Part shown: in pieces, positions 53,485-63,434 of the stretch
Position numbering within the stretch: the first letter of the stretch is position 1
How the letters are laid out: every line of letters starts with the position of its first letter
Assembly: GCA_023898405.1 (NCBI GenBank)
Contig: CP060221.1
Coordinates: 4,958-68,957 of the forward strand
DNA from: Myxococcales bacterium
GTDB taxonomy: Bacteria; Myxococcota; UBA727; JABDBI01
Direction: 5' to 3'
Length of the DNA stretch: 64,000 nucleotides
Notes under the pieces: model-generated
What the model was told of the DNA's origin: nothing
Seen by the model: only the letters and a program-made list of their open reading frames with translations
The model's database searches: none
Made by a program: the position numbers and the translations under genes

Positions 53485-53805
53485 ATGAAAATTAAAACAG
53501 GTGATCTAGTAAAGGTTATAAGCGGTAAGACCAAGGGATTGACTGCTAAGGTATTATCTGTAGATATTGCCAGTGAACGTGTGGTGCTTGAGGGTGGCCC
53601 TAAAAACTTGCGTCACTTGAAACCAGAGAAAAGCAAGAAGCATCCTGAGGGCGGAATTATTGAGCGTCTGTCTTCTATTCATGTTTCTAATCTAATGTTG
53701 ATGTCTGAAGAAGAAAATAGACCGTTTAGAACTGGGTATTTAATTAAAGACAAACAAAAGCTTAGAGTTACTCGCGGAAAGAACACTACTGGAAAACAAG
53801 TCTAA
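53485..53805 (+). CDS. rplX: 50S ribosomal protein L24
   Basis: MKIKTGDLVKVISGK (KOW motif); ATG after AGGTGGG RBS. Confidence 0.9.
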   Translation: MKIKTGDLVKVISGKTKGLTAKVLSVDIASERVVLEGGPKNLRHLKPEKSKKHPEGGIIERLSSIHVSNLMLMSEEENRPFRTGYLIKDKQKLRVTRGKNTTGKQV

Positions 53806-53848
53806 GGTTTTCAGTTACTTGAAGTTATATTGTTGTTAGGAGATAACC

Positions 53849-54400
53849 ATGTCTGGGCCCACTATGCCACGGATTAAGAATTTTTATAAAAAGGAAATAA
53901 TTCCTAAACTAAAAGAAGAGCTTGGCATTGTAAATATGATGCAAGTTCCTTCCTTGGAAAAGATTGTTCTCAATATGGGTCTTGGTGAAGCAACCCAGAA
54001 CCCTAAAGCCTTGGAGTCAGGGGTTGAGACTTTGCGTTCTATTTCAGGGCAGAAGCCTGTGGTGACTAAAGCGAGAAAATCTATTGCGACTTTTAAGCTA
54101 AGAGAAAATATGCCTATTGGTGTTATGGTCACTCTGCGCGGCGAAAGAATGTGGGAGTTTTTTGATCGCTTAGTAAATATTGCCCTGCCTCGCGTACGAG
54201 ATTTTCGCGGTATACAGAGCAAATTCGATGGGAAAGGAAATTGTTCCATTGGTATCAAAGAGCAGATCATTTTTCCTGAAGTTGAATATGAAAAAGTAGA
54301 TAAAGTCCGAGGCCTCAATATAACTATGGTTACAAGTGCGGGCGAAGACAAAGCTGGAAAAATTCTTTTGAAATACTTAGGAGTTCCGTTTAGGAATTAG
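53849..54400 (+). CDS. rplE: 50S ribosomal protein L5
   Basis: 183 aa; L5 family; TAGGAGATAACC RBS. Confidence 0.95.
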   Translation: MSGPTMPRIKNFYKKEIIPKLKEELGIVNMMQVPSLEKIVLNMGLGEATQNPKALESGVETLRSISGQKPVVTKARKSIATFKLRENMPIGVMVTLRGERMWEFFDRLVNIALPRVRDFRGIQSKFDGKGNCSIGIKEQIIFPEVEYEKVDKVRGLNITMVTSAGEDKAGKILLKYLGVPFRN

Positions 54401-54411
54401 AAGGGATTGTT

Positions 54412-54807
54412 ATGGTTAATGACCCAATAGCAGATTTTTTAACGCGTATACGCAATGGAGTTTTGGGAAGAAAACAAGAAGTCTTGACTAATTGCTCGAA
54501 AATGTCCAAGCGAATAGCTGAAATACTCGAAAACGCAGGTTATATAGCAGGATTTAGTGTCGAAAAACGGGGACCAGCGTCGATGATGCGCGTATCTTTG
54601 AGATATGACTCGACTGGTAAATCCGTTATTGAAGGCCTAAAGCGGGTTTCAAGACCAGGATTGAGGGCTTATTCTTCTTCAACTGATCTTCCCGTTGTTA
54701 GAAGTGGAATGGGTTTATCCATTATTTCTACTTCAAAAGGCGTTATGACAGGCGTAGAAGCTCGTAAACAAAGCGTTGGCGGCGAAGTATTGTGCTTAGT
54801 TTGGTAA
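54412..54807 (+). CDS. rpsH: 30S ribosomal protein S8 (directly after rplE; rpsN absent)
   Basis: MVNDPIADFLTRIRNG... Confidence 0.95.
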   Translation: MVNDPIADFLTRIRNGVLGRKQEVLTNCSKMSKRIAEILENAGYIAGFSVEKRGPASMMRVSLRYDSTGKSVIEGLKRVSRPGLRAYSSSTDLPVVRSGMGLSIISTSKGVMTGVEARKQSVGGEVLCLVW

Positions 54808-54829
54808 TAAGCAGTAAGGGTTTATAGAA

Positions 54830-55372
54830 ATGTCTCGAATAGGAAAATTGCCTATCTCAATTCCTGAGAAGGTTGATGTTAAGATTGCAAGCTCCAGAGT
54901 CGAAGTAAAAGGGCCTAAGGGTACACTAGCCTTTGATATGCCAGGCAAGATTACAGCGAAAGTTGAATCCGGAAGTGTGGTAGTGCAAAGAAACGATGAG
55001 GATGGTGAGTCTAGAAGTCTTCATGGTTTGTGTCGCAGTCAGATTGCTAATATGGTCAACGGAGTGAGCGTTGGCTTTACTAGAGACTTAGATATCAATG
55101 GTGTAGGTTACAGAGCTGAAGTGAAAGGTAAAGAGCTCCATATGTCGTTGGGGTACTCTCATCCTGTGGTTTACCCTCTTCCTGAAGGAATAACAGCCGT
55201 GGTTGATGGTAAGCGTACAAGAATTACCTTGACAGGAATCGATAAGCAACTCTTGGGAAATACCGCAGCGAAAGTGAGAAGTTTTCGCCCACCCGAACCA
55301 TATCGTGGGAAAGGGGTTAAATACGCTGAAGAAATTATCAAGAGAAAGGAAGGAAAGTCTGCTGGTAAGTAA
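54830..55372 (+). CDS. rplF: 50S ribosomal protein L6
   Basis: MSRIGKLPISIPEKV... Confidence 0.95.
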   Translation: MSRIGKLPISIPEKVDVKIASSRVEVKGPKGTLAFDMPGKITAKVESGSVVVQRNDEDGESRSLHGLCRSQIANMVNGVSVGFTRDLDINGVGYRAEVKGKELHMSLGYSHPVVYPLPEGITAVVDGKRTRITLTGIDKQLLGNTAAKVRSFRPPEPYRGKGVKYAEEIIKRKEGKSAGK

Positions 55373-55411
55373 GAAGGGGACTTTTAAAGCAATGAGGCTT
55401 TGGTAAATATT

Positions 55412-55801
55412 ATGAAGTATGATTTAAAAGCTATAGGTAAAAAAAATAAACAACATGCGCTACATTTGCGTCGTAAGGCTCGTATCAGAAAGATTATCAG
55501 TGGAACAGCTGAGAGACCTCGTCTGAGTGTGTTTAAGACAGCCAAGCACGTTTATGTTCAGGCCATCAATGATACGCAGGCCATCACCTTGGCAAGCTCG
55601 GGTTCTTTGGATGCTGGAATCAAGGAAAGAACCAAGGGATTAAAAAAGATTGATGTGGCTAGGCTAGTTGGGCAAGCTCTGGGCGAAAAATTAAAAGAAG
55701 CCAAGCTTGAACATGCGGTTTTTGATAGAAATGGTTTTCGCTATACTGGACGGATTGCTGCCGTAGCTGATGGTATACGGAGTGCAGGGTTAACAATTTA
55801 G
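55412..55801 (+). CDS. rplR: 50S ribosomal protein L18
   Basis: L18-like, basic N-terminus; ATG at 55412. Confidence 0.85.
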   Translation: MKYDLKAIGKKNKQHALHLRRKARIRKIISGTAERPRLSVFKTAKHVYVQAINDTQAITLASSGSLDAGIKERTKGLKKIDVARLVGQALGEKLKEAKLEHAVFDRNGFRYTGRIAAVADGIRSAGLTI

Positions 55802-55827
55802 ATAAGGCAGCGACTCGGAGAAAGGGT

Positions 55828-56319
55828 ATGGAATTAACAAATAAAAAAAATGAAAACTCGAGCGAATTTAGTGAAAAGGTTATTAATGTAAACCGTGTGG
55901 CAAAGGTAGTGAAAGGTGGTAGACGGTTTTCATTTAGTGCTCTTGTTGTTGTTGGCGACGGAAAAGGCCAAGTAGGTGTTGGATTGGGAAAGGCTGGTGA
56001 AGTACCGGAGGCTATTAGAAAGGGTACCGAGCAAGCCAAAAAAAGCATCCGACGCGTTTCCCTTGATGGAAGCACTATTCCACATCTAGTGGTGGGGCAC
56101 TATGGAGCTGGCAAGGTGCTTTTGCGTCCTGCTTCAGAGGGTACTGGAGTAATTGCTGGTGGTATTGTCAGAGCTGTATTAGAAGCAGCAGGGATTCATG
56201 ATATTTTAACTAAATCTATTGGCAGTAAGAATCCGCATAATGTTGTTCGAGCTACTTTAAAAGGTCTTGACGCTTTGCGCTCCAAAGAAGAATATTTTAG
56301 ACGCATTGCCCGTGCGTAA
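55828..56319 (+). CDS. rpsE: 30S ribosomal protein S5
   Basis: [27 protein letters not shown]. Confidence 0.95.
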   Translation: MELTNKKNENSSEFSEKVINVNRVAKVVKGGRRFSFSALVVVGDGKGQVGVGLGKAGEVPEAIRKGTEQAKKSIRRVSLDGSTIPHLVVGHYGAGKVLLRPASEGTGVIAGGIVRAVLEAAGIHDILTKSIGSKNPHNVVRATLKGLDALRSKEEYFRRIARA

Positions 56320-56361
56320 CTGCCTTGACGATTTCTCAGGGAGAAATTGCGGAGTAATAAG

Positions 56362-56553
56362 ATGAGGAAATTAAAAATTAAGCAAATAAGAAGCACTATT
56401 GGTAGGTGCAAGAGTCAACGTTTAACCATTAAAGGACTCGGACTTGGAAAAATAAATCGTGAAGTTATCCTGGCTGATACCTCAGCGATTAGAGGTATGG
56501 TTACAAAGGTTCAGCATTTAGTCCAAGTAAATATTGAAGATTCAAATAGTTAG
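56362..56553 (+). CDS. rpmD: 50S ribosomal protein L30
   Basis: MRKLKIKQIRSTIGR...IKGLGLGKI; GGAG RBS. Confidence 0.8.
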   Translation: MRKLKIKQIRSTIGRCKSQRLTIKGLGLGKINREVILADTSAIRGMVTKVQHLVQVNIEDSNS

Positions 56554-56564
56554 GATTATAGGTT

Positions 56565-57029
56565 ATGGAAACAAAAGAAAATTTTTTGGGTCTGCACAAT
56601 CTTGTAGCTCCTATTGGAGCGAGGAAATCGCCCAAACGTTTAGGCAGAGGTGAGTCGAGTGGCCATGGAAAGACTTCTGGTCGCGGTCACAAGGGGCAAA
56701 AGGCGCGTAAAAGCGGTAATGTGAGAATTGGTTTTGAGGGTGGGCAAAATCCACTGGCCAGAAGATTACCAAAGAAAGGTTTTACATCCTGCGCAACTAA
56801 AAATGAGATTGTCAATTTGGCTCTTCTGGCGGAGCGTTTTGAGGCCAACTCGAAAATAGATCCCGTAGCTCTCATTGCAGCAGGACTCTTACGTAATGCT
56901 CAGAGCCGAGTTAAAGTTTTAGGAGTAGGGGAACCTAAAAGTGGTTTTCAACTTCATGTACATGGAATCTCGGACTCTGCCAGAAAAAAAATAGAACTTT
57001 CTGGTGGAAAGATTGAGATCCTAGCCTAA
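56565..57029 (+). CDS. rplO: 50S ribosomal protein L15
   Basis: KRLGRG...[10 protein letters not shown]...[10 protein letters not shown]. Confidence 0.9.
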   Translation: METKENFLGLHNLVAPIGARKSPKRLGRGESSGHGKTSGRGHKGQKARKSGNVRIGFEGGQNPLARRLPKKGFTSCATKNEIVNLALLAERFEANSKIDPVALIAAGLLRNAQSRVKVLGVGEPKSGFQLHVHGISDSARKKIELSGGKIEILA

Positions 57030-57102
57030 TCGTTTTAGCGTAGGATGTTGTCATACACAGCTACTTGTATGAGTAGCTTTCTCTTATGGGGGCGGAGACG
57101 TT

Positions 57103-58473
57103 ATGTTCTCTAAGATTTCCAAGTTATTTCAAATTCCCGAACTAAGAAAACGTTTAGCATATACTTTGGCGTTACTCGCCGTATATCGCGTTGGTATTTT
57201 CGTTACATCACCAGGGATTGATCGAGTGGCAATCAGAGAGCTTTTGAATGCTCGTCAGGAAAGTGGTGGTGGCTTTCTTAATCTTTTTAACTTCTTTTCC
57301 GGGGGAGCCTTGGAAAATGCGAGTGTCTTTGCGCTTGGGATTATGCCTTACATTACCTCATCCATTATTATGTCTCTGATGGCCGTTGTTGTACCTACAG
57401 TTCAGAGGCTTCAAAAAGAAGGTGAGCAGGGCAGGAAAAAGATTAACCAATTTACCCGTTATGGAACAGTGTTAATTTCATGTATTCAAGGCGTGATGAT
57501 TGCCAATTATCTCAAATCGCAATCCTACAATGGACAAGGCGTTGTAAATGCTGATTGGGCAACAGCATGGGGTGGTTTTGGTTTCGTTCTTATGACGGTG
57601 CTTACGCTCACAGCCGGAACAGCTTTTATCATGTGGCTTGGTGAAAAAATTACCGAACGGGGAATTGGTAACGGGATTTCGCTTATTATTTTTGCCGGTA
57701 TTGTTGCGCGACTGCCTAATGCAATTATGGCTACTGTTATGGGGCTACAAAATGGTACATACAAGCCATCTGAGATTATCGTTTTAGTCGTCGTAATGCT
57801 TTTAGTATTAGCCGGAATCGTTTTCATCGAGAAAGCACAAAGAAGAATCCCTGTGCAATATGCCAAACGTATTGTTGGTAACAAACAATATGGTGGTCAA
57901 TCTACCCACCTGCCTTTAAAAATAAACGTTGCTGGTGTTGTGCCTCCTATTTTTGCATCTACTATTCTTTTATTTCCAGCTACATTGGCTAGTTTAATTC
58001 ATGCTGATTGGATTCAATCAGTTCAAAATGCTTTGCATCCTGGAAGTTGGATGTATCAGTGTCTGTTTGTTTTGATGATATTGTTTTTTGCGTTCTTTTA
58101 TACTTCTGTTCAATTTAATCCGGTAGATGTGGCTGATAACCTTCGTCGTTTCGGAGGGTTTATCCCAGGTGTGCGTCCTGGGAAGTCCACAGCGGATTAT
58201 ATTGATTTTGTTCTCAACAGGATTACTTTTGGCGGAGCTCTTTACCTGTCTGCTGTTTGTGTGTTGCCCGTGACAATACAATCGCTTACTTCCAATCAGG
58301 TTCCGTTTTATTTTGGTGGGACAGGCTTGCTAATCGTAGTTAGTGTTGCTCTTGATACTGTTCAGCAAATTGAAGGCCATTTTATTGCTAAAGAATATGA
58401 AGGCTTTTCCGGTAGATCAGAAGTCAAGATTAAGGCGAGAAGCGCAGAATCATCTAATACAGCGAGAGCTTAA
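57103..58473 (+). CDS. secY: preprotein translocase subunit SecY
   Basis: 456 aa, 10 TM; conserved SecY segments. Confidence 0.95.
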   Translation: MFSKISKLFQIPELRKRLAYTLALLAVYRVGIFVTSPGIDRVAIRELLNARQESGGGFLNLFNFFSGGALENASVFALGIMPYITSSIIMSLMAVVVPTVQRLQKEGEQGRKKINQFTRYGTVLISCIQGVMIANYLKSQSYNGQGVVNADWATAWGGFGFVLMTVLTLTAGTAFIMWLGEKITERGIGNGISLIIFAGIVARLPNAIMATVMGLQNGTYKPSEIIVLVVVMLLVLAGIVFIEKAQRRIPVQYAKRIVGNKQYGGQSTHLPLKINVAGVVPPIFASTILLFPATLASLIHADWIQSVQNALHPGSWMYQCLFVLMILFFAFFYTSVQFNPVDVADNLRRFGGFIPGVRPGKSTADYIDFVLNRITFGGALYLSAVCVLPVTIQSLTSNQVPFYFGGTGLLIVVSVALDTVQQIEGHFIAKEYEGFSGRSEVKIKARSAESSNTARA

Positions 58474-58517
58474 ATAATTCTGGTATGCTAAGGCACATTA
58501 GGATCTGTGGTACTGAT

Positions 58518-59168
58518 ATGAAAAAAGCTATTAAACTAAGCCTATTTGGTGTTCCAGGTGCTGGTAAGGGTACACAAGCTGAGTTGCTGACCTCCTTTTT
58601 GTCGGTGCCTCATATCAGTACTGGTGATATGTTTCGTGCATTGCAGACTGGTCAATCAGATCTTTCTAAAAAGATAAAAGCTATTTTAGACTCTGGTGAA
58701 CTCGTTTCTGACGAGCTTGTTACTGAGATGACTTTTGCTCGACTTGGACAGAGCGATTGTGAAGATGGTTTTTTACTTGATGGTTTTCCTCGTACTTTAA
58801 GTCAGGCAAAATCCTTGCAGGAATCGGCGTTTGCGATCGATTTTTTGATTGAAATTAAAGTAGAACGCGATGAAATTGTGCGACGCCTTTCTGGGCGTCG
58901 AGTTTGTCCTGTGTGTAAGGCAACATATCATATTGATTTTCTTAATAGTGATCTGGTTTGCACAGCAGGGCATGGGAAGTTGTTTCAACGCGAAGATGAT
59001 AGGTCGGCTGCAATTGAGAAAAGGCTTAATTTATTTGAATCCAATCTAGCTCCGGTATTGGGATTTTACCAAGAAATTGGCCGATTTCGCTCAGTTGAAG
59101 GTGCGGGTCAGCCTAAGGAAGTTTTTCAAAGAATTTTGGGGGCTCTAGGGTTTTCCGATGAGGAGTAA
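58518..59168 (+). CDS. adk: adenylate kinase (with zinc-binding lid CPVC...C)
   Basis: P-loop GVPGAGKGTQ; lid motif CPVCKATYH; start at ATG 58518 (longer ORF from 58485 lacks RBS). Confidence 0.85.
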   Translation: MKKAIKLSLFGVPGAGKGTQAELLTSFLSVPHISTGDMFRALQTGQSDLSKKIKAILDSGELVSDELVTEMTFARLGQSDCEDGFLLDGFPRTLSQAKSLQESAFAIDFLIEIKVERDEIVRRLSGRRVCPVCKATYHIDFLNSDLVCTAGHGKLFQREDDRSAAIEKRLNLFESNLAPVLGFYQEIGRFRSVEGAGQPKEVFQRILGALGFSDEE

Positions 59169-59281
59169 CTTTAGATGAAGTATGGCTGTCTGGTACTTGT
59201 CAAGTGGATTTTTTGCTGCTAGCAAGGCTGGGTGTTTGAATTTTAGGTTTGTTTTTTATTTCGGAAAAAAGGCAAAACGTT

Positions 59282-59395
59282 ATGAAAGTAAGAGCTTCTG
59301 TGAAGAAGATTTGTGAAAAGTGTAAAGTAATTCGTCGTAAACGTGTCGTTAGAGTTATTTGTGACAATGTCAGACACAAACAAAGACAAGGTTAG
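59282..59395 (+). CDS. rpmJ: 50S ribosomal protein L36 (37 aa; absent from supplied ORF track because <60 aa)
   Basis: Translation [37 protein letters not shown] read manually; zinc-ribbon C-x2-C...C-x4-H. Confidence 0.85.
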   Translation: MKVRASVKKICEKCKVIRRKRVVRVICDNVRHKQRQG

Positions 59396-59468
59396 ATTTT
59401 GTCGATTATTTGACCTGATAGTCAGATGATCAAATATTTTTTTGTTCAAATTGTAGTGGAGTAAAGAA

Positions 59469-59822
59469 GTGGCGCGTATTGCAGGTGTTGATCTTCCCAG
59501 AAATAAGAAAATGGGGACTGCGCTTACCTATATTTATGGTATTGGTCCTTTTGCTGCAGGGCAAATTTTAGAGAAAGCTAAAGTTAACAGTGACTTGAGA
59601 ACTGATGCGCTAAGTGAAGATGACGTAGCACGAATTCGCGATGTCATCGAACAAAGTTATCAGGTCGAAGGTGATTTGAGACGGCAAATTTCGATGAATA
59701 TTAAGCGGCTTATGGACTTAGGTTGTTATCGTGGGTTGAGGCACAGAAAGGGCCTACCAGTAAGAGGACAAAGAACTCACTCTAATGCACGGACACGAAG
59801 CCGTAAGAAGAGCAGGGCCTAG
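59469..59822 (+). CDS. rpsM: 30S ribosomal protein S13
   Basis: [13 protein letters not shown]...; GTG start. Confidence 0.95.
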   Translation: MARIAGVDLPRNKKMGTALTYIYGIGPFAAGQILEKAKVNSDLRTDALSEDDVARIRDVIEQSYQVEGDLRRQISMNIKRLMDLGCYRGLRHRKGLPVRGQRTHSNARTRSRKKSRA

Positions 59823-59862
59823 TTTGTTTAATTTTTTGTTGTTATAATTTAAGGTAAAAAAA

Positions 59863-60246
59863 ATGGCACTTCCGAAGGGAAAAAAGAAGGTAAAGAAAAA
59901 TATCAGTCAAGGTGTTGTTCATATCTACACTACCTTCAATAATTCGATTATTACCGTAACAGATCCTCAGGGTAACGCGGTTTCTTGGTCTACTTCTGGA
60001 GCAAAAGGTTTCAGAGGTTCCAAAAAGAGCACTCCTTTTGCGGCACAAATTGCTACTGAAGAAGCATGTCGCAAAGCTAAAGAGCATGGCATGAGGGCTG
60101 TTGAAGTTTATATAAAGGGTCCTGGTGCTGGCCGGGAATCTGCTCTTAGAGCAGTATCAAATCAGTTTAATAGAATTTCATTAATAAAAGATGTGACCCC
60201 TATTCCTCATAACGGATGTCGACCTCCTAAACGTAGAAGAGTGTAA
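59863..60246 (+). CDS. rpsK: 30S ribosomal protein S11
   Basis: [18 protein letters not shown]... Confidence 0.95.
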   Translation: MALPKGKKKVKKNISQGVVHIYTTFNNSIITVTDPQGNAVSWSTSGAKGFRGSKKSTPFAAQIATEEACRKAKEHGMRAVEVYIKGPGAGRESALRAVSNQFNRISLIKDVTPIPHNGCRPPKRRRV

Positions 60247-60302
60247 AGCTTTTTCGTTTTAGTTGTGTGGGTTTTATCTCTCAGATTGTGCGAAGGTGAT
60301 TA

Positions 60303-61337
60303 ATGTATCGGAATTGGCGTAGCTTAATTCGCCCGAAGGGCCTAATTGTAGAACGTGATTCATTGAATGAACAGTATGGAAAGTTTGTTCTTGAACCTCT
60401 TGAGCGTGGTTATGGCGTTACCCTTGGTAATGCGTTGCGTAGAACAATGTTGTCTTCCCTGCAGGGTGCTGCTATTACTTCGGTGCGCATTGAAGGTGCG
60501 CAGCACGAATTTATGGCATTGCCTGATATCAAGGAGGATGGTACCGATATCATACTCAATCTGAAGGAAGTGGAACTTCAGCTTCTTGAGGGCCATCAAA
60601 AGACTGTCAACGTAGTAAAGCATGGTCCATGCACAGTTACCGCTGGTGATATTCAGTCGGATGGAACTTTGAAGGTTCTTAATCCAGATAAGCATATTTG
60701 TACGGTGAGCGACGGCGGTGTATTTAAAGCTGAATTTGTAATCGGTACCGGAAAAGGCTATGTTTCAGCGTCCCAGTTTCGTGAAGGCAATTTACCGGTT
60801 GATTCAATACAAATTGATGCTTTGTTTTCTCCGATCCGCAAAGTTAACTACAACGTTACTAACGCTCGGGTAGGAAGACAAACTGACTATGATCGTTTGG
60901 TTCTGGAAGTTTGGACTAATGGAGGGGTAAAACCTGAGGATGCGGTAGGAATTGCATCTAAAATCCTGAAAGAACAACTTTCTATTTTGATCAATATTCC
61001 AGAAGATGTTGAACCTACTGTACCTGAAGCAGAAGAGCACTCTGAGAGATTTAATGATAACTTGTTACGCTCTGTTGATGAACTTGAACTTTCGGTAAGG
61101 TCTGCCAATTGCTTGGCAAATGCTGAAATTAAGCGAATAGGCGATCTAGTTCAACGAACTGAGAGTGAAATGCTTAAGACCAAGAATTTTGGCCGTAAGA
61201 GCCTGAAAGAAATTAAGGAAATCCTAACAGAAATGGGTCTTTCATTGGGAATGAAACTAGACAGTTGGCCTCCTAAGAAGACAATTTTGCCGTCTTCGCC
61301 TGCTAAAGTAGATGATAAAGACGAAGATAACCACTAG
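60303..61337 (+). CDS. rpoA: DNA-directed RNA polymerase subunit alpha (directly after rpsK; rpsD absent)
   Basis: [20 protein letters not shown]; 344 aa with alpha-CTD. Confidence 0.95.
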   Translation: MYRNWRSLIRPKGLIVERDSLNEQYGKFVLEPLERGYGVTLGNALRRTMLSSLQGAAITSVRIEGAQHEFMALPDIKEDGTDIILNLKEVELQLLEGHQKTVNVVKHGPCTVTAGDIQSDGTLKVLNPDKHICTVSDGGVFKAEFVIGTGKGYVSASQFREGNLPVDSIQIDALFSPIRKVNYNVTNARVGRQTDYDRLVLEVWTNGGVKPEDAVGIASKILKEQLSILINIPEDVEPTVPEAEEHSERFNDNLLRSVDELELSVRSANCLANAEIKRIGDLVQRTESEMLKTKNFGRKSLKEIKEILTEMGLSLGMKLDSWPPKKTILPSSPAKVDDKDEDNH

Positions 61338-61362
61338 ATTATTGAATCGTAGGAATTAGAAA

Positions 61363-61752
61363 ATGCGACATTTAAAACATGGTAGAAAATTAAACCGTAA
61401 CCAAGGCCATCGCAAAGCTCTCTTTAGAAATATGGCGATCGCTTTGTTGAGACATGAGCGGATTGAAACAACAGATGCTAAAGCCAAAGAGCTGCGCGGT
61501 TACACTGAAAAATTAATTTCCTTAGGAAAAAAAGGTGACCTCAATTCCCGCAGAATGGCTGCCAAAAAAATTCATGATGCTGAAATTTTGAAAAAACTTT
61601 TTGATGATGTTGCTAAGCGCAATGCCGAGAGAGCAGGTGGTTATACCCGCGTCGTGAAATCTCGTTTCAGAAAAGGTGATTGTGCACCACTTTCTGTCAT
61701 TGAACTAGTTGAAAAAGGTGAAAAAGCTGTTATTGAGAATGTAGCTCAATAG
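61363..61752 (+). CDS. rplQ: 50S ribosomal protein L17
   Basis: MRHLKHGRKLNRNQGHRKAL... Confidence 0.95.
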   Translation: MRHLKHGRKLNRNQGHRKALFRNMAIALLRHERIETTDAKAKELRGYTEKLISLGKKGDLNSRRMAAKKIHDAEILKKLFDDVAKRNAERAGGYTRVVKSRFRKGDCAPLSVIELVEKGEKAVIENVAQ

Positions 61753-61765
61753 GCTTTATGCCTTT

Positions 61766-61842
61766 GGCGAGGTAGCTCAGCAGGTTAGAGCGACGGTCTC
61801 ATAATCCGTAGGTCGGGGGTTCGAGTCCCCCCTTCGCCACCA
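61766..61842 (+). tRNA. tRNA with anticodon CAT (elongator Met, or Ile2 if lysidine-modified); encoded CCA
   Basis: Manual cloverleaf: acceptor GGCGAGG/CTTCGCC, D-arm GCTC-AGCAGGTTA-GAGC, anticodon arm ACGGT-CTCATAA-TCCGT (31:39 T:T), T-arm GGGGG-TTCGAGT-CCCCC, discriminator A, CCA. Confidence 0.85.
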
Positions 61843-61864
61843 CGCCTTTATGGCGTTTTTTTTT
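61842..61864 (+). terminator. rho-independent terminator (ACGCC-TTTAT-GGCGT plus T9) ending the ribosomal/rpoA/tRNA transcription unit
   Basis: Hairpin followed by nine T read directly. Confidence 0.7.
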
Positions 61865-61950
61865 GCTTAAAGCATGATTTTGTAAAATGACTTCTGGTTT
61901 AAAAATATAGTTCGAGTGACAGCAAGTTGTTTCTTAACCTGAGTTTTGCT

Positions 61951-61981
61951 CTCATGATTGATCACATCTTTTTGTTGACAA
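61951..61981. repeat. IS left terminal inverted repeat (31 bp)
   Basis: Exact reverse-complement match to 63404..63434. Confidence 0.8.
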
Positions 61982-63355
61982 GATAGATTCGGCGATTTGG
62001 TAACCTTTATACATAGCATAAAGTTCTCTAAGCCCTCGCCATAAGACTAGCCATCCAGGAGGACCGTTATATTTAATGTGTCCTCCCAACCTTGCTATTT
62101 GCCTTAAAACTTCATCGACAGTAAGCAATGATTCCGCGGTATAATTTTGCAGCATAGCTAATAATGGAGGCGGTATATAAAGTTCTGGTGAGCTATTTGC
62201 TTCATTTGCTTTATTGCGTAGCCGCAGGAGAAACCAGGCTATTGGTATAAAGACTCCCAAACAATTTTTCAGGCTGTGAAAGCTTTCTAACTGTCTTTTT
62301 TCATATGAGCATCCAGTTTTAAGGACTTTAAAGTATTCTTCTATGACCCAACGTGAGCAATAGCATTCGATAATCTTTTCGATATCTTGGCGCGAAGCGA
62401 TTGGTTCTTGAGTGAGTAAAATCCATTCAATAGGCTTTTCATCTTTAGGCGGATTTCGCTCTAGAATAAGAACAGCATTTATATCTAAAGATAATGCATA
62501 TTTTTTATCTACACAGTTTGATCTTTTTAATGTAATTTGTTTTGCTTTAATATCTACTATCGTATTGCGGGCATCTCTTTTAACAAGCCTTTTATTATTA
62601 GCCCCGCCGGATTTTTTATTTCTTCTAGAAAGATGTATTTCTTTAGAAAACAATCTGCTTTCTTCTGCAAATTCCTCGCGTAAATGCTTGCCGTTTACAA
62701 GGGCGCGGTCATAGCAGCCCCTAACAATAAATCGATGTTCTTTGTTCGATAAATCAGCAAGCAAAGCATAACTATCTGTTTCACTATCGCATACGTGGAT
62801 TGCATTTTTAGCGCTTTCGCTGAGTTTAGAAATGCTATCGATTGCGTCATTCCATCTTTGTTTTTCCGATGGCAGGCGACGAGACTGAGTCTGTGTAAGA
62901 ATCCCTTTTTTTCTGAGTGCATAAGGACTGATTTTTTCACCGCGCTTAAAACAATGCAACCCCAATGTACCTAATGGTTCTCTATCTGACGCAGAAATAG
63001 CTAAACTGAAATGACCAAAGAAGCTTGCACTTTTACCTAGTGAGGTTGTTCCAAGGTCTCGTCTCTTTCCTGAAAATACAAACTCACTCGAATCATGCGC
63101 AATAATAATATCATTATTCTTATTGCACATACGCTTTAAAGTAGCTTGTTTGTGCGGTTCTAAAATGTCTTTTATTTCTATGTAAGGATTTTCCACAAAC
63201 CGATAGAACCCCTCTAATTCTGCCGAACTCCCAAATGCCTCAGGAAAAGATTTCTCTGGACTTTCAATAACCGAGCTAACAATTGATAAAAGGCGCTTAG
63301 TTAAGCGCTTATCACCAAGATTTGATTCTATAAATTCTGTTCTTATATGATTCAT
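61952..63355 (-). CDS. IS4/IS50-family DDE transposase (467 aa), apparently intact
   Basis: Collinear similarity to Tn5 transposase: N-terminal KRLTKRLLSIV...EGFYRFVENP; DDE residues IIAHDSSEF, IHVCDSETD, RWVIEEYFKVLKTG (YREK-like); C-terminal IARLGGH...GW dimerisation region. Confidence 0.8.
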   Translation of the reverse strand: MNHIRTEFIESNLGDKRLTKRLLSIVSSVIESPEKSFPEAFGSSAELEGFYRFVENPYIEIKDILEPHKQATLKRMCNKNNDIIIAHDSSEFVFSGKRRDLGTTSLGKSASFFGHFSLAISASDREPLGTLGLHCFKRGEKISPYALRKKGILTQTQSRRLPSEKQRWNDAIDSISKLSESAKNAIHVCDSETDSYALLADLSNKEHRFIVRGCYDRALVNGKHLREEFAEESRLFSKEIHLSRRNKKSGGANNKRLVKRDARNTIVDIKAKQITLKRSNCVDKKYALSLDINAVLILERNPPKDEKPIEWILLTQEPIASRQDIEKIIECYCSRWVIEEYFKVLKTGCSYEKRQLESFHSLKNCLGVFIPIAWFLLRLRNKANEANSSPELYIPPPLLAMLQNYTAESLLTVDEVLRQIARLGGHIKYNGPPGWLVLWRGLRELYAMYKGYQIAESILSTKRCDQS

Positions 63356-63403
63356 TGAAAAACTTGATCACATCAAATTAAACTTGAAAATGCTTAAACG
63401 ACT

Positions 63404-63434
63404 TTGTCAACAAAAAGATGTGATCAATCATGAG
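63404..63434. repeat. IS right terminal inverted repeat (31 bp)
   Basis: Exact reverse-complement match to 61951..61981. Confidence 0.8.

Larger units (their letters stand above)
61951..63434. mobile_element. IS4-family (IS50/Tn5-like) insertion sequence, 1484 bp, single transposase gene, 31-bp perfect terminal inverted repeats
   Basis: Left end CTCATGATTGATCACATCTTTTTGTTGACAA (61951..61981) is the exact reverse complement of 63404..63434; enclosed ORF is Tn5-Tnp-like. Confidence 0.8.

Noticed and set aside
55659-56075. 138-aa minus-strand ORF antisense to rplR/rpsE
   Set aside because: Shadow ORF opposite conserved ribosomal genes; Pro/Phe-rich nonsense translation
57525-57884. 119-aa minus-strand ORF inside secY
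   Set aside because: Antisense shadow ORF within a conserved membrane protein gene
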